Source: Burkholderiaceae bacterium
GTDB lineage: Bacteria > Pseudomonadota > Gammaproteobacteria > Burkholderiales > Burkholderiaceae_F
Direction of reading: 5' to 3'
Assembly (NCBI GenBank): GCA_029883565.1
Contig: JAOUJD010000001.1
Location: 1 to 47,496 of the forward strand
DNA length: 47,496 nt
This document shows positions 17,401 through 26,826 of this stretch, one piece after another; position 1 is the first letter of the stretch; each line of letters opens with the position of its first letter. The notes below the pieces were generated by a model that had not been told where the DNA came from, made no database searches, and worked only from the letters and a program-made list of their open reading frames with translations. Position numbers and translations under genes: made by a program.

Positions 17401-18275
17401 CGAACGGCCACGTGGCCGTGAAGGCCTGGAACGCGCTGTCGAAGATCACCGGGCGCGAGCACGCGCACCTCGCGCTGCACCGCGAGGACGAGAAGATCCG
17501 CTACCGCGACGTGCTGGCTCAGCCGCGCAAGATCATCAGCTCGCCGACCTGGTCGGGGCTCGAGAGCGAGAAGGTCTCGTACAACGCCGGTTACACCAAC
17601 GTGCACGAGCTGATCCCGTGGCGCACGCTCACCGGCCGCCAGCAGTTCTACCAGGACCACCCCTGGATGATCGCGTTCGGCGAGGGTTTCTCCAGCTACC
17701 GGCCGCCGATCGACCTCAAGACGACCGCGGGCATCCACAACATCAGGCCCAACGGCAACCCGGAGATCCTGCTCAACTTCATCACGCCGCACCAGAAGTG
17801 GGGCATCCACTCCACCTACAGCGACAACCTGATGATGCTGACGCTGAACCGCGGCGGCCCGGTGATCTGGCTGTCGGAGGACGACGCGAGGAAGGCCGGC
17901 ATCGAGGACAACGACTGGGTCGAGCTCTTCAACATCAACGGCGCGATCGCGGCGCGCGCGGTGGTCAGCCAGCGCGTCAATCCCGGCATGACGATGATGT
18001 ACCACGCGCAGGAGAAGATCATCAACACGCCGGGCTCCGAGATCACCGGCGTGCGCGGAGGCATCCACAACTCGGTCACCCGCATCGTGACCAAGCCGAC
18101 GCACATGATCGGCGGCTACGCCCAGCAGAGCTACGGTTTCAACTACTACGGGACCATCGGCACCAACCGCGACGAGTTCGTCGTCGTGCGGAAGATGAAG
18201 AAGGTCGACTGGCTGGACACGCCGCGCGACGACCACCTCGCGAAGGCCTACCAGTCGCAGGGCGAGAACCCGTGA
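14496..18275 (+). CDS. narG: Respiratory nitrate reductase alpha subunit NarG
   Basis: It is near-colinear with E. coli NarG: MSHFLDRL..., [80 protein letters not shown], and a C-terminal [11 protein letters not shown]. Confidence 0.98.
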   Translation: [1259 protein letters not shown]

Positions 18276-18303
18276 TCCAACGCCGATCGGAGAGGAACTG
18301 AAC

Positions 18304-19827
18304 ATGAAAGTACGCGCACAGATCGGCATGGTGCTGAATCTCGACAAGTGCATCGGTTGCCATACCTGCAGCGTCACGTGCAAGAACGTCTGGACCAGCC
18401 GGCCGGGCGTCGAGTACGCCTGGTTCAACAACGTCGAGACCAAGCCCGGCATCGGCTATCCGAAGGAGTGGGAGAACCAGGACAAGTGGAACGGCGGCTG
18501 GGTCCGCAGGTCCGACGGCTCCATCGTTCCGCGCCAGGGCGGCAAGTGGCAGCTGCTGATGAAGATCTTCGCGAACCCGAACCTGCCGGAGATCGACGAC
18601 TACTACGAGCCCTTCACGTTCGACTACGACCACCTGCACTCGGCGCCCGAGATGAAGGCCGCGCCGACGGCGCGGCCGCGCTCGCTGATCACCGGACAGC
18701 GGATGGAGAAGATCGAGTGGGGCCCGAACTGGGAGGAGATCCTCGGCGGCGAATTCGCCAAGCGCAGCAAGGACCGCAACTTCGACGACATCCAGAAGGA
18801 CATCTACGGCCAGTTCGAGAACACCTTCATGATGTACCTGCCGCGGCTGTGCGAGCACTGCCTGAACCCGGCCTGCGTCGCGAGCTGCCCGTCCGGCTCC
18901 ATCTACAAGCGCGAGGAGGATGGCATCGTCCTGATCGACCAGGACAAGTGCCGCGGCTGGCGCATGTGCGTCTCCGGCTGTCCGTACAAGAAGATCTACT
19001 ACAACTGGAAGAGCGGCAAGGCCGAGAAGTGCATCTTCTGCTACCCGCGCATCGAAGCGGGCCAGCCGACGGTCTGCAGCGAGACCTGCGTCGGGCGCAT
19101 CCGCTACCTCGGCGTGCTCCTGTACGACGCCGACCGCATCGAGGAGGCCGCGAGCGCGGAGCACGACAGCAACCTGTACTCGGCGCAGCTCGGCATCTTC
19201 CTCGACCCGAACGATGCGCGCGTGATCGAGCAGGCGCGCGCCGACGGCATCCCGGAAGCGTGGCTGGCGGCGGCGAAGAACTCGCCCGTCTACAGGATGG
19301 CCGTCGACTGGCGGGTCGCGCTGCCCCTGCACCCCGAGTACCGCACCCTGCCGATGGTCTGGTACATCCCGCCGCTGTCGCCCGTGCAGTCGCGCGCGCA
19401 GGCGGGCGAGATCGGCATGAACGGCGAACTGCCGGACGTGCGCAGCCTGCGCATCCCGCTGAAGTACCTCGCGAACCTGCTGACGGCCGGCGACGAGGAG
19501 CCCGTGGCGCGCGCGCTCGAGCGCATGATCGCCATGCGCGTGTTCATGCGCAGCCGCCATGTCGAGGGCGTCGACAAGCCCGCGGTACTCGAGCGCGTCG
19601 GCCTGACGCGCGCCGAGGTCGAGGAGATGTACCGGGTGATGGCGATCGCCAACTACGAGGACCGCTTCGTCATCCCGACCACGCACCGCGAGTACGCCGA
19701 GAACGCGTTCAACGTGCGCGGCGGCTGCGGCTTCTCGTTCGGCAACGGCTGCAGCGAAGGCGTGTCGGAGACGAGCCTGTTCGGCAGCGAGAAGAAGCGC
19801 ACGATCCCGATCAAGGCCACGGTGTAG
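18304..19827 (+). CDS. narH: Respiratory nitrate reductase beta subunit NarH
   Basis: Four Fe-S Cys clusters are present: CIGCHTCSVTCK, CEHCLNPACVASCP, CRGWRMCVSGCPY and CIFCYPR...CSETCVGR. An RBS GGAGAGGA lies upstream. Confidence 0.98.
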   Translation: MKVRAQIGMVLNLDKCIGCHTCSVTCKNVWTSRPGVEYAWFNNVETKPGIGYPKEWENQDKWNGGWVRRSDGSIVPRQGGKWQLLMKIFANPNLPEIDDYYEPFTFDYDHLHSAPEMKAAPTARPRSLITGQRMEKIEWGPNWEEILGGEFAKRSKDRNFDDIQKDIYGQFENTFMMYLPRLCEHCLNPACVASCPSGSIYKREEDGIVLIDQDKCRGWRMCVSGCPYKKIYYNWKSGKAEKCIFCYPRIEAGQPTVCSETCVGRIRYLGVLLYDADRIEEAASAEHDSNLYSAQLGIFLDPNDARVIEQARADGIPEAWLAAAKNSPVYRMAVDWRVALPLHPEYRTLPMVWYIPPLSPVQSRAQAGEIGMNGELPDVRSLRIPLKYLANLLTAGDEEPVARALERMIAMRVFMRSRHVEGVDKPAVLERVGLTRAEVEEMYRVMAIANYEDRFVIPTTHREYAENAFNVRGGCGFSFGNGCSEGVSETSLFGSEKKRTIPIKATV

Positions 19828-19829
19828 CC

Positions 19830-20528
19830 ATGACGAGATCCGATTCGGGAACACCGAAGATGGCGCGCACGCTGCGCGCGCTCGCCTGGCTGCTGCGCTA
19901 CCCGGACGCCGGATTGCGCGCGGCCGCCGCCGAGCTCGGCGCCGCCCTGCGGGACGAAGGGGCGCTTGCAGCGGGCCGCCTGGCCGAGCTCGATGCGCTG
20001 GTCCGGCGGCTCGCCTCCGCCCCGGGCCTGCGCCTCGAAGCCGAGTACGTCGAACTGTTCGACCGCGGCCGGCGCACCGCGCTGCACCTGTTCGAGCACG
20101 TGCACGGCGACAGCCGCGACCGCGGACCGGCGATGGTCGACCTGATCAAGACCTACGACCGCGCCGGCCTGCAGCTCGTGCCGGACGAACTTCCGGACTA
20201 CCTGCCGGTGGTGCTGGAGTTCGCCAGCACGCAGCCGCCGGCGCAGGCGCGCGAGTTCCTGCGCGAAAGCGCGCACATCGTGCGGGCGATCTTCAGCGCG
20301 CTGCTGGAGCGCCAGAGTCCCTACGCCAGCGTGCTGGCCGCCGTCCTCGACCTGGCCGGCGAGCGCGCGCAGAAGGTCGAGATCGCCGCCGAGCCCGGCA
20401 TCGACGACAGCTGGGCCGAGCCCGAGGCCTTCGGCGGCTGCACGTCGCAGGGGCAGGCGCGTCCCCACGAAGCGCAGCCCATCCATCTTGTCCGCCCATC
20501 GCGAGCGCCCAAGCGCGCGGCCGCCTGA
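19830..20528 (+). CDS. narJ: Nitrate reductase molybdenum cofactor assembly chaperone NarJ
   Basis: The start is MTRSDSG... The motifs LLRYPD, EYVELFD and DELPDYLPVVLEF are NarJ-like. It sits between narH and narI. The rest of ORF 18348-20528 is an out-of-frame artefact over narH. Confidence 0.9.
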   Translation: MTRSDSGTPKMARTLRALAWLLRYPDAGLRAAAAELGAALRDEGALAAGRLAELDALVRRLASAPGLRLEAEYVELFDRGRRTALHLFEHVHGDSRDRGPAMVDLIKTYDRAGLQLVPDELPDYLPVVLEFASTQPPAQAREFLRESAHIVRAIFSALLERQSPYASVLAAVLDLAGERAQKVEIAAEPGIDDSWAEPEAFGGCTSQGQARPHEAQPIHLVRPSRAPKRAAA

Positions 20529-20538
20529 GGAGCATTCC

Positions 20539-21264
20539 ATGAAGAACCTCAACGACTTCTTCTTCAATGTCTACCCGTACATCTGCCTGGCGTTCTTCCT
20601 GATGGGCAGCCTCGCCCGCTTCGACCGCGACCAGTACACATGGAAGAGCGACTCCTCGCAGATGCTGCGCGCGCGCCAGCTGCGCTGGGGCAGCAACCTG
20701 TTCCACATCGGCATCCTGTTCCTGCTGTTCGGCCACACGGTCGGCCTGCTGACGCCGCACTGGGTCTACGAGCCGTTCATCAGCCCGCCGACCAAGCAGC
20801 TGCTTGCGATCGTCTCGGGCGGCATCGCCGGAACGATGTGCTTCATCGGCCTGACCATGCTGCTGCACCGCAGGCTCACCGACCCGCGCATCCGGCTCAC
20901 CAGCCATCGCACCGATCTCGCCATCCTGATCATCCTGTGGGTGCAGCTGGTGCTGGGTCTGATCACGCTGCCGTTGTCGTACGCGCACCGCGTCGACGCC
21001 CATGCGATGCTGATCCTCTCCGGCTACCTGCAGGGCGTCGCGACGTTCCGCCCGGACGCCAACCTGCTGACCGCGATCGACTGGCCCTTCAAGGTCCACA
21101 TGGTGCTCGGCATGACGATCTTCCTGCTGCTGCCCTTCAGCCGCCTCGTGCACGTCTGGAGCGGACTCGCGTCGATCGCGTACGTATTCAGGCCCTACCA
21201 GATCGTGCGGTCGCGCCGGCTGAACGTGCCGGCCGGACAGAACGTCCCCGGCCAGGCTTCCTGA
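20539..21264 (+). CDS. narI: Respiratory nitrate reductase gamma subunit NarI
   Basis: MKNLNDFFFNVYPYI...DQYTWKSDSSQMLRARQLRWGSNLFHIGILFLLFGH aligns with the E. coli NarI N-terminus. It has 5 TMs with haem-ligand His residues. Confidence 0.95.
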   Translation: MKNLNDFFFNVYPYICLAFFLMGSLARFDRDQYTWKSDSSQMLRARQLRWGSNLFHIGILFLLFGHTVGLLTPHWVYEPFISPPTKQLLAIVSGGIAGTMCFIGLTMLLHRRLTDPRIRLTSHRTDLAILIILWVQLVLGLITLPLSYAHRVDAHAMLILSGYLQGVATFRPDANLLTAIDWPFKVHMVLGMTIFLLLPFSRLVHVWSGLASIAYVFRPYQIVRSRRLNVPAGQNVPGQAS

Positions 21265-22067
21265 TGGGCGCGACCTTTCCGACGGCGCGACCCGTGTCCG
21301 ACGCCAGCGGGGCGACCATCGACGGAGTTCCGCTCGCCGCCGCGGACGAAGCCCTGAGCGCGCCGCAGCTGCGCAGCCGCGCGAACGTCGAACTGCTGCG
21401 GCAGGCGGCGATCCGCGCCGGCCTGCTGGCGGCGGACGACCCGGTTCCGGTCCGCGGCATCGTCAGCGAAGCGGCCGCGAGCGCCATCGAGACGCTGCTC
21501 GACCGGGAACTCGTGCAGGCGGAGGCCGACGAGGAGAGCTGCCGGCGCTTCCACGCCGCCAACGCGGCGCGGTTCGCCGTCGGCGAGCGGGCGCGCCTGC
21601 GCCACGTCCTGTTCGCCGTCACGGCCGGCGTGGACGTCGACGCGTTGCGCCAGCGTGCGGAAGACTGCCTGCTCGACCTGCGGGCCCGCAGGCATGGCGA
21701 AGCGGACCGCTTCATCGAGGCCGCTGCGCAGCTGTCGAACTGCCCGAGCGGACGCGATGGCGGCGAGCTGGGCTGGCTCACCGCCGCCGAGTGCGCGCCG
21801 GAGTTCGCCGGCGAGGTGTTCGGCCACCCCGAGGTGGGCGTGCTGCCGAGACTGGTGCGCAGCCGCTTCGGCTTTCACGTGGTCGAAGTGCTGGAGCGCG
21901 ATGCCGGAACGGTCCCGCCCTACGAGGCGGTCCGGGCGGCGGTGCGCCAGACCCTCGAGCGACAGGCCTACGCGACCGCGTTGCGCCAGTACCTGCAGGT
22001 GCTGGCGGCGCAGGCCCGGCTGGAGGGTGTCGACCTCGAAACGGCCGATACACCTCTGGTGCAATAA
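21264..22067 (+). CDS. PpiC-type (parvulin) peptidyl-prolyl isomerase, nar-operon associated
   Basis: The parvulin-like core is LRHVLF...SNCPSGRDGGELGWL...RSRFGFHVVEVL. The start overlaps the narI stop (TGATG). A PpiC-type PPIase gene directly after narI is known from Pseudomonas aeruginosa nar operons. Confidence 0.75.
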   Translation: MGATFPTARPVSDASGATIDGVPLAAADEALSAPQLRSRANVELLRQAAIRAGLLAADDPVPVRGIVSEAAASAIETLLDRELVQAEADEESCRRFHAANAARFAVGERARLRHVLFAVTAGVDVDALRQRAEDCLLDLRARRHGEADRFIEAAAQLSNCPSGRDGGELGWLTAAECAPEFAGEVFGHPEVGVLPRLVRSRFGFHVVEVLERDAGTVPPYEAVRAAVRQTLERQAYATALRQYLQVLAAQARLEGVDLETADTPLVQ

Positions 22068-22085
22068 CGAGCCCCGGGGGGGACC

Positions 22086-23405
22086 GTGAAGTCGATCCCG
22101 ATCCTTCCGCGGACCGCCTCCGCCGGCATGCTCGAGGGATTGCCGACGTCGCCCGTGCGCGCGGCGCCACGCCACCTGTTGCTGGCCCCGCACCGGCTGG
22201 CCTTCTTCGCCGGCACGCTGATGCTGCTGCTGGCGGCGCTCGCATGGGCTGCCCTGCTGCTCGCGCAACTGGCGGGAGCGACGGTCGCGACAGTGATGCC
22301 GCCCACGCTGTTGCACGGGGTGCTGTTCGCCGGCGGCTTCATGCCGCTCTTCATGGCTGGCTTCATGTTCACGGCCGGCCCCCGATGGCTCGACATCCCG
22401 CCAGCGACCGCGGCGGCCCTGCGCTGGCCGGTGGGACTGCACTGCGCGGGCGTCGCGTTGATCATCGCCGGGGCGCGCGCGAACCACTCCGTGACGGCCT
22501 TCGGGGCCCTGCTGCTTGCGATGGCATGGACCGCCGTCGGGGTCGGCTTCGCAGGCCAGATCCGGTCCAGCAGCGTGCGCGACAAGCTGCACGCCAAATG
22601 CGTGATGGTCTTCTGGACCATCGGGATCACCTGCGCAACGCTGTTCGCGGCCGGTCTCGCCATCCGCCAGATGTCCGTCGTGGCGGCCGCCGTGTGGCTG
22701 ATGGTGTTCGGTTTCGTCGCGCCCATCCACGCGACCGTCGCGCACCGCGTCCTGCCGTTCTTCACGTCGAACGCCATCGCACGCGTCGTGCCGTGGAAGC
22801 CGAACTGGGCGCTCGGGTTGCTGCTCGCGGCGCTGCTGATGTACGGGATGCTTCAGCTCGCCGGCCGGCTCGATCTGCTGCAGCCGCGCCAGGGCGCCTG
22901 GCTGACGCTCCTGACGGTCGGTCCGGCGGCCGCTGCAATGGCCGCGCTGGCGGTGCGCTGGGGCCTGCTGCAGAGCCTGCGCGGTCCTTCGCTGCGACTG
23001 CTGGCGATGCTGCACCTGGGTTTCGTCTGGTCGGCGATCGCCTTGCTGCTCGCGGCCGCGGACGCCGCCCTGGTCCTGCTCGACGGCGATGCGGCGGTCC
23101 GCCTGGGGCTTGCGCCCATGCATGCCCTCACGATGGGCTTCCTGGGCGGCCTGCTGTTCGCGATGGCAACGCGCGTGACCTGCGGCCATGGCGGCATCCC
23201 GGTGGCGGCCGATCGCTACGTCTGGACGCTGTTCTGGATCCTGCAGGTTGCCGTGCTGCTCCGGCTCGCGGCGTCCGTCTGGCCGCCGCATGCGGCGCCG
23301 CTGTCCGCCGCCGCTGCGCTCACCTGGTGCGCCGTGTGGATCCTCTGGGCGTCGCGCCATCTTCCGGTGTTGCTTCGTCCGCGGCGCGACGGGCGCCCCG
23401 GCTGA
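22086..23405 (+). CDS. nnrS: NnrS family membrane protein (NO-stress associated haem/copper protein)
   Basis: This is a polytopic protein of about 12 TMs with NnrS-like conserved His segments (HGVLFAGGFMPLFMAGFMFTAGPRW; HALTMGFLGGLLFAMATRVTCGHGG). It uses a GTG start with a G-rich RBS. Confidence 0.75.
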   Translation: MKSIPILPRTASAGMLEGLPTSPVRAAPRHLLLAPHRLAFFAGTLMLLLAALAWAALLLAQLAGATVATVMPPTLLHGVLFAGGFMPLFMAGFMFTAGPRWLDIPPATAAALRWPVGLHCAGVALIIAGARANHSVTAFGALLLAMAWTAVGVGFAGQIRSSSVRDKLHAKCVMVFWTIGITCATLFAAGLAIRQMSVVAAAVWLMVFGFVAPIHATVAHRVLPFFTSNAIARVVPWKPNWALGLLLAALLMYGMLQLAGRLDLLQPRQGAWLTLLTVGPAAAAMAALAVRWGLLQSLRGPSLRLLAMLHLGFVWSAIALLLAAADAALVLLDGDAAVRLGLAPMHALTMGFLGGLLFAMATRVTCGHGGIPVAADRYVWTLFWILQVAVLLRLAASVWPPHAAPLSAAAALTWCAVWILWASRHLPVLLRPRRDGRPG

Positions 23406-23437
23406 CCTTCGATTCGTTCCCGCCTGGGTTCGCCCCG

Positions 23438-23827
23438 TTGTACGCCGCCCTGAAGCTCGTTCACGTCGGCGCCGTCGTCCTGTCCGGCGTCGGTTTCGTC
23501 ATCCGGTACGGGTTGGCGGCCGGGGGTGCCCTGCCGGCCGGCGCGCTGGTCCGCGCCGCCCCGCACGTCGTCGACACGGTGCTGCTCGGCAGCGCGCTGG
23601 CGCTCGCCTGGGTCGGCGGCTTCAACCCGCTCCGTGTTCCTTGGCTTGAAGCAAAACTGGTCGGGCTCGCGCTCTATATCTTGCTCGGGACCGTTGCCCT
23701 GAAGCGCGGTCGAACCCCGCGCATACGGGCGGGGGCGTTCGCGGCCGCGCTGGTCGCCTATGGATACATCGTGACGGTGGCGCTGACGAAGAGTCCGCTC
23801 GGGCCCCTGGCTGGAGGACTGCAATGA
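23438..23827 (+). CDS. SirB2/YchQ-like small membrane protein
   Basis: It has four hydrophobic helices, and its N-terminus (M)YAALKLVHVGAVVLSGVGFVIRY resembles the SirB2 family. The start is uncertain: TTG at 23438 is chosen, and CTG at 23402 is possible. The stop overlaps the next gene's ATG. Confidence 0.6.
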   Translation: MYAALKLVHVGAVVLSGVGFVIRYGLAAGGALPAGALVRAAPHVVDTVLLGSALALAWVGGFNPLRVPWLEAKLVGLALYILLGTVALKRGRTPRIRAGAFAAALVAYGYIVTVALTKSPLGPLAGGLQ

Positions 23828-24411
23828 CAGGCACGATCGATTTCCGCACGCCGGGTGCCGGCTTCGATGAGCCGATCGAGATGTGGCGGGCCTGCCACGA
23901 GCGGGTGCAGCGCTTCGCCGCGCTGCTGTCCCGGCTCGCCGTGCACCTGCGCAACCAGGGCGCGGACGAGGATGCCCGGGTGACGGCCACATCGATCCGG
24001 CGCTACTTCAACGAAGCCGCTCCGCGACATCACGAGGACGAGGAAGTCGACATGTTCCCGCGACTGCGGGAACGCCTGCACGCCGACCGCGACAAGACGG
24101 TGCTGGACGTGCTCGGCCAGGTCGAGGCCGACCACCTCGAGATGGCCAGGCTGTGGCGCAAGCTCGATGCGGCGCTGGCCGAAATCTCGAGCGGTCGCGC
24201 AGTGGCACTCGAGCAGCCGCTGATCGACCGCTTCGCGACCATGTACCGGCATCACATCGACGCCGAGGAACGGGTCCTCCTGCCGGCGATGAAGAAGGCC
24301 TTCGGCAAGGGCGACTGGCAGGCGGTGGGGCGCGCCATGGCCGAGCGACGCGGCCTCGAGTGGGAAGAACTCGCCAAGCCGCTGTCGCCAAAGGGTCGCA
24401 GCCCGACCTAG
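23824..24411 (+). CDS. Hemerythrin (HHE cation-binding) domain protein
   Basis: The His/Glu ligand pattern is WRACHERV, HHEDEEVDMFP and YRHHIDAEERVLLP. It has no ScdA_N-type N-terminal domain, so it is not a full YtfE/ScdA. Confidence 0.75.
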   Translation: MTGTIDFRTPGAGFDEPIEMWRACHERVQRFAALLSRLAVHLRNQGADEDARVTATSIRRYFNEAAPRHHEDEEVDMFPRLRERLHADRDKTVLDVLGQVEADHLEMARLWRKLDAALAEISSGRAVALEQPLIDRFATMYRHHIDAEERVLLPAMKKAFGKGDWQAVGRAMAERRGLEWEELAKPLSPKGRSPT

Positions 24412-24457
24412 GCGCCGAGTCGATCGCGGCGCCGGCCGCGACCGACCGCGACGGACC

Positions 24458-25987
24458 TCAGCGCCGCCGCTTCGCTCCACCGAGCAGTGAACCGAGCACC
24501 CCGCGCGCAAGTTCTCGCGCCAGCGACGAGCCGACCGACCGTGCAGCGCTCTTCGCCATCGCATCGACCACGCCTTCGCGCCGACCGCCGCGCGGCCCGG
24601 TCGAGCCGAACAGGATGTCGCCCAGCCCGCCCATGATGCCGCCGCCGGACTCCGCCGGCGCCGCCGCGCCGCCGCCCTTCGCGACACCGCCGCCCGCCGG
24701 GGCGGTGCCACCGCCCGCGCGCTGCTTCAGCATCTCGAACGCCGACTCGCGATCGACCGTCTTCTCGTAGACGCCGGCCACGGCCGAGCCTGCGATCAGC
24801 CGCCTGCGGTCGTCGGGGGTGATGGGCCCGAGCTGCGATCCCGGCGCCAGGATCCACGCGCGTTCCGTGATGCCCGGCGTGCCCTTCGCGTCGAGGAAGG
24901 AGACGAGCGCCTCGCCGACGCCGAGTTCGAGGATCGCCTTCTGGACATCGATCTTCGGGTTGGCGCGCATCGTCTCGGCCGCCGCCTTCACCGCCTTCTG
25001 GTCGCGCGGCGTGAAGGCGCGCAGCGCGTGCTGCACGCGGTTGCCCAGCTGTCCGAGCACCTTGTCCGGGATGTCGAGCGGGTTCTGGGTGACGAAGTAC
25101 ACCCCCACGCCCTTCGACCGGATCAGCCGCACCACCTGCTCGACCTTCTCGACCAGCGCCGCCGGCGCGTCGTTGAACAGCAGGTGCGCCTCGTCGAAGA
25201 AGAACACCAGCCTGGGCTTGTCGCGGTCGCCGACCTCGGGCAGGTTCTCGAACAGTTCCGACAGCAGCCACAGCAGGAAGCTCGCATACAGGCGAGGGTT
25301 ACTCATCAGCCTGTCGGCGGCGAGGATGTTGACGACGCCCTGGCCGTCCTTCGTCTGCATCAGGTCGTCGATGTTGAGCATCGGCTCGCCGAAGAACCGA
25401 TCGCCGCCCTGCTCCTCGATCTGCAGCAGGCCGCGCTGGATCGCGCCGATCGACGCCGTCGAGACGTTCCCGTACTGGGTCTTGAACTGCGCGGCGTTGT
25501 CGCCGACGAACTGCAGCGCCGCACGCAGGTCCTTGAGGTCGAGCAGCAGCAGACCGTTGTCGTCCGCCACCTTGAAGATCAGCGCGAGCACGCCTTCCTG
25601 CGTCTCGTTCAGGTTCAGCAGGCGCGCAAGCAGCAGCGGGCCCATGTCGGACACCGTCGCGCGCACCGGATGCCCCTGCTCCCCCCAGACGTCCCACAGC
25701 GTCGCCGGGCAGGCGCCCCACTGCGGTTCCGGCAGGTCGTGCTCGGCGAAGCGTGCCTTCATCTTGTCGGTGAGCTGGCCCGGCTTCGCGATGCCCGTCA
25801 GGTCGCCCTTCACGTCGGCCATGAACACGGGCACGCCGATCCGCGAGAAGCCCTCGGCCAGCTTCTGCAGGGAGACCGTCTTGCCGGTGCCGGTCGCGCC
25901 GGTGATGCAACCGTGCCGGTTCGCGAGCGCGGGAAGGAGCGCCAGTTCGGTGACTCCGGACTTGGCGATGATCAGGGGTTCGGCCAT
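24458..25987 (-). CDS. HerA-like helicase domain ATPase (YjgR / DUF853 family)
   Basis: Walker A is [12 protein letters not shown] and Walker B is [12 protein letters not shown]. It has a Gly-rich, basic C-terminal tail. I chose the ATG at 25987 ([11 protein letters not shown]). Confidence 0.8.
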   Translation of the reverse strand: MAEPLIIAKSGVTELALLPALANRHGCITGATGTGKTVSLQKLAEGFSRIGVPVFMADVKGDLTGIAKPGQLTDKMKARFAEHDLPEPQWGACPATLWDVWGEQGHPVRATVSDMGPLLLARLLNLNETQEGVLALIFKVADDNGLLLLDLKDLRAALQFVGDNAAQFKTQYGNVSTASIGAIQRGLLQIEEQGGDRFFGEPMLNIDDLMQTKDGQGVVNILAADRLMSNPRLYASFLLWLLSELFENLPEVGDRDKPRLVFFFDEAHLLFNDAPAALVEKVEQVVRLIRSKGVGVYFVTQNPLDIPDKVLGQLGNRVQHALRAFTPRDQKAVKAAAETMRANPKIDVQKAILELGVGEALVSFLDAKGTPGITERAWILAPGSQLGPITPDDRRRLIAGSAVAGVYEKTVDRESAFEMLKQRAGGGTAPAGGGVAKGGGAAAPAESGGGIMGGLGDILFGSTGPRGGRREGVVDAMAKSAARSVGSSLARELARGVLGSLLGGAKRRR

Positions 25988-26088
25988 GGATTGCTCGCGT
26001 GGTTGTGGGCGTGAACGAGGGCGGCAGCAGTGCCGAATGATAGACTCGCGACCCTTCCGGAAACACATTCCCCCGTCGGAGCCGCATC

Positions 26089-26826
26089 ATGGCCGGCCAC
26101 TCCAAGTGGGCCAATATCCAGCATCGCAAGAACCGCCAGGACGCCAAGCGCGGTTCGCTGTGGACCAAGATCATCCGTGAAGTGACGGTCGCCGCCCGCG
26201 ACGGCGGACCCGACCCGGACATGAACCCGCGGCTGAGGCTCGCGCTCGACAAGGCGCGGCTCGGCAACGTGCCCAAGGACAAGCTCACCAACGCAATCCA
26301 GCGCGGCGCCGGCAAGCTCGAAGGCGCGAGCTACGAGGAGATCCGCTACGAGGGCTATGGCATCGGCGGTGCGGCCGTGATGATCGACTGCATGACCGAC
26401 AACCGCACCCGTACCGTGGCCGAAGTGCGCCACGCGCTGACCAAGCACGGCGGCAACCTGGGCACCGATGGCTCGGTCGCGTTCAATTTCAAGCACTGCG
26501 GCCAGTTCCTGTTCGCGCCGGGCGCCTCCGAGGACAAGGTGATGGAAGCGGCGCTCGAGGCGGGCGCCGAGGACGTCGTCGCGAACGAGGACGGCACGGT
26601 GGAAGTCATCTGCGCGCCAGCCGACTTCGAGGCAGTGCGCGCGGGCCTCGAACAGGCCGGCCTCAAGCCCGAGGTGGCCGAGGTCACGATGAAGGCGCTG
26701 AGCGAGACCGTGCTCACGGGCGACGACGCCGACCGGATGCAGAAACTGCTGGACGCCCTCGACGACCTCGACGACGTCCAGCAGGTCTACACCACCGCGG
26801 CCATCGAGGAACAGGCCGGCGGATGA
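26089..26826 (+). CDS. yebC: YebC/PmpR family DNA-binding transcriptional regulator
   Basis: The N-terminus [22 protein letters not shown] is diagnostic for the family. Confidence 0.95.
   Translation: MAGHSKWANIQHRKNRQDAKRGSLWTKIIREVTVAARDGGPDPDMNPRLRLALDKARLGNVPKDKLTNAIQRGAGKLEGASYEEIRYEGYGIGGAAVMIDCMTDNRTRTVAEVRHALTKHGGNLGTDGSVAFNFKHCGQFLFAPGASEDKVMEAALEAGAEDVVANEDGTVEVICAPADFEAVRAGLEQAGLKPEVAEVTMKALSETVLTGDDADRMQKLLDALDDLDDVQQVYTTAAIEEQAGG

Noticed and set aside
14436-18452. A 1338-aa uninterrupted ORF on the minus strand, antisense to narG
   Set aside because: It is Arg/Ala/Val/Gly-rich low-complexity sequence with no recognisable domain. The plus strand encodes a near-perfect NarG. Long stop-free antisense frames are expected in very GC-rich DNA because stop codons are AT-rich.
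24411-24433. Hairpin GGCGCCG-N9-CGGCGCC between the convergent hemerythrin and herA-like genes, considered as a terminator
   Set aside because: It is only a 7 bp stem with no flanking T-tract on either strand. It may contribute to termination, but it is too weak to call as a feature.
24458-25987. The HerA-like ATPase as part of an anti-phage system (SIR2-HerA / DUF4297-HerA type)
   Set aside because: It has no partner effector gene (SIR2, NurA or a nuclease). It is flanked by convergent and divergent housekeeping or nar genes. The sequence looks like the single-gene YjgR/DUF853 type.
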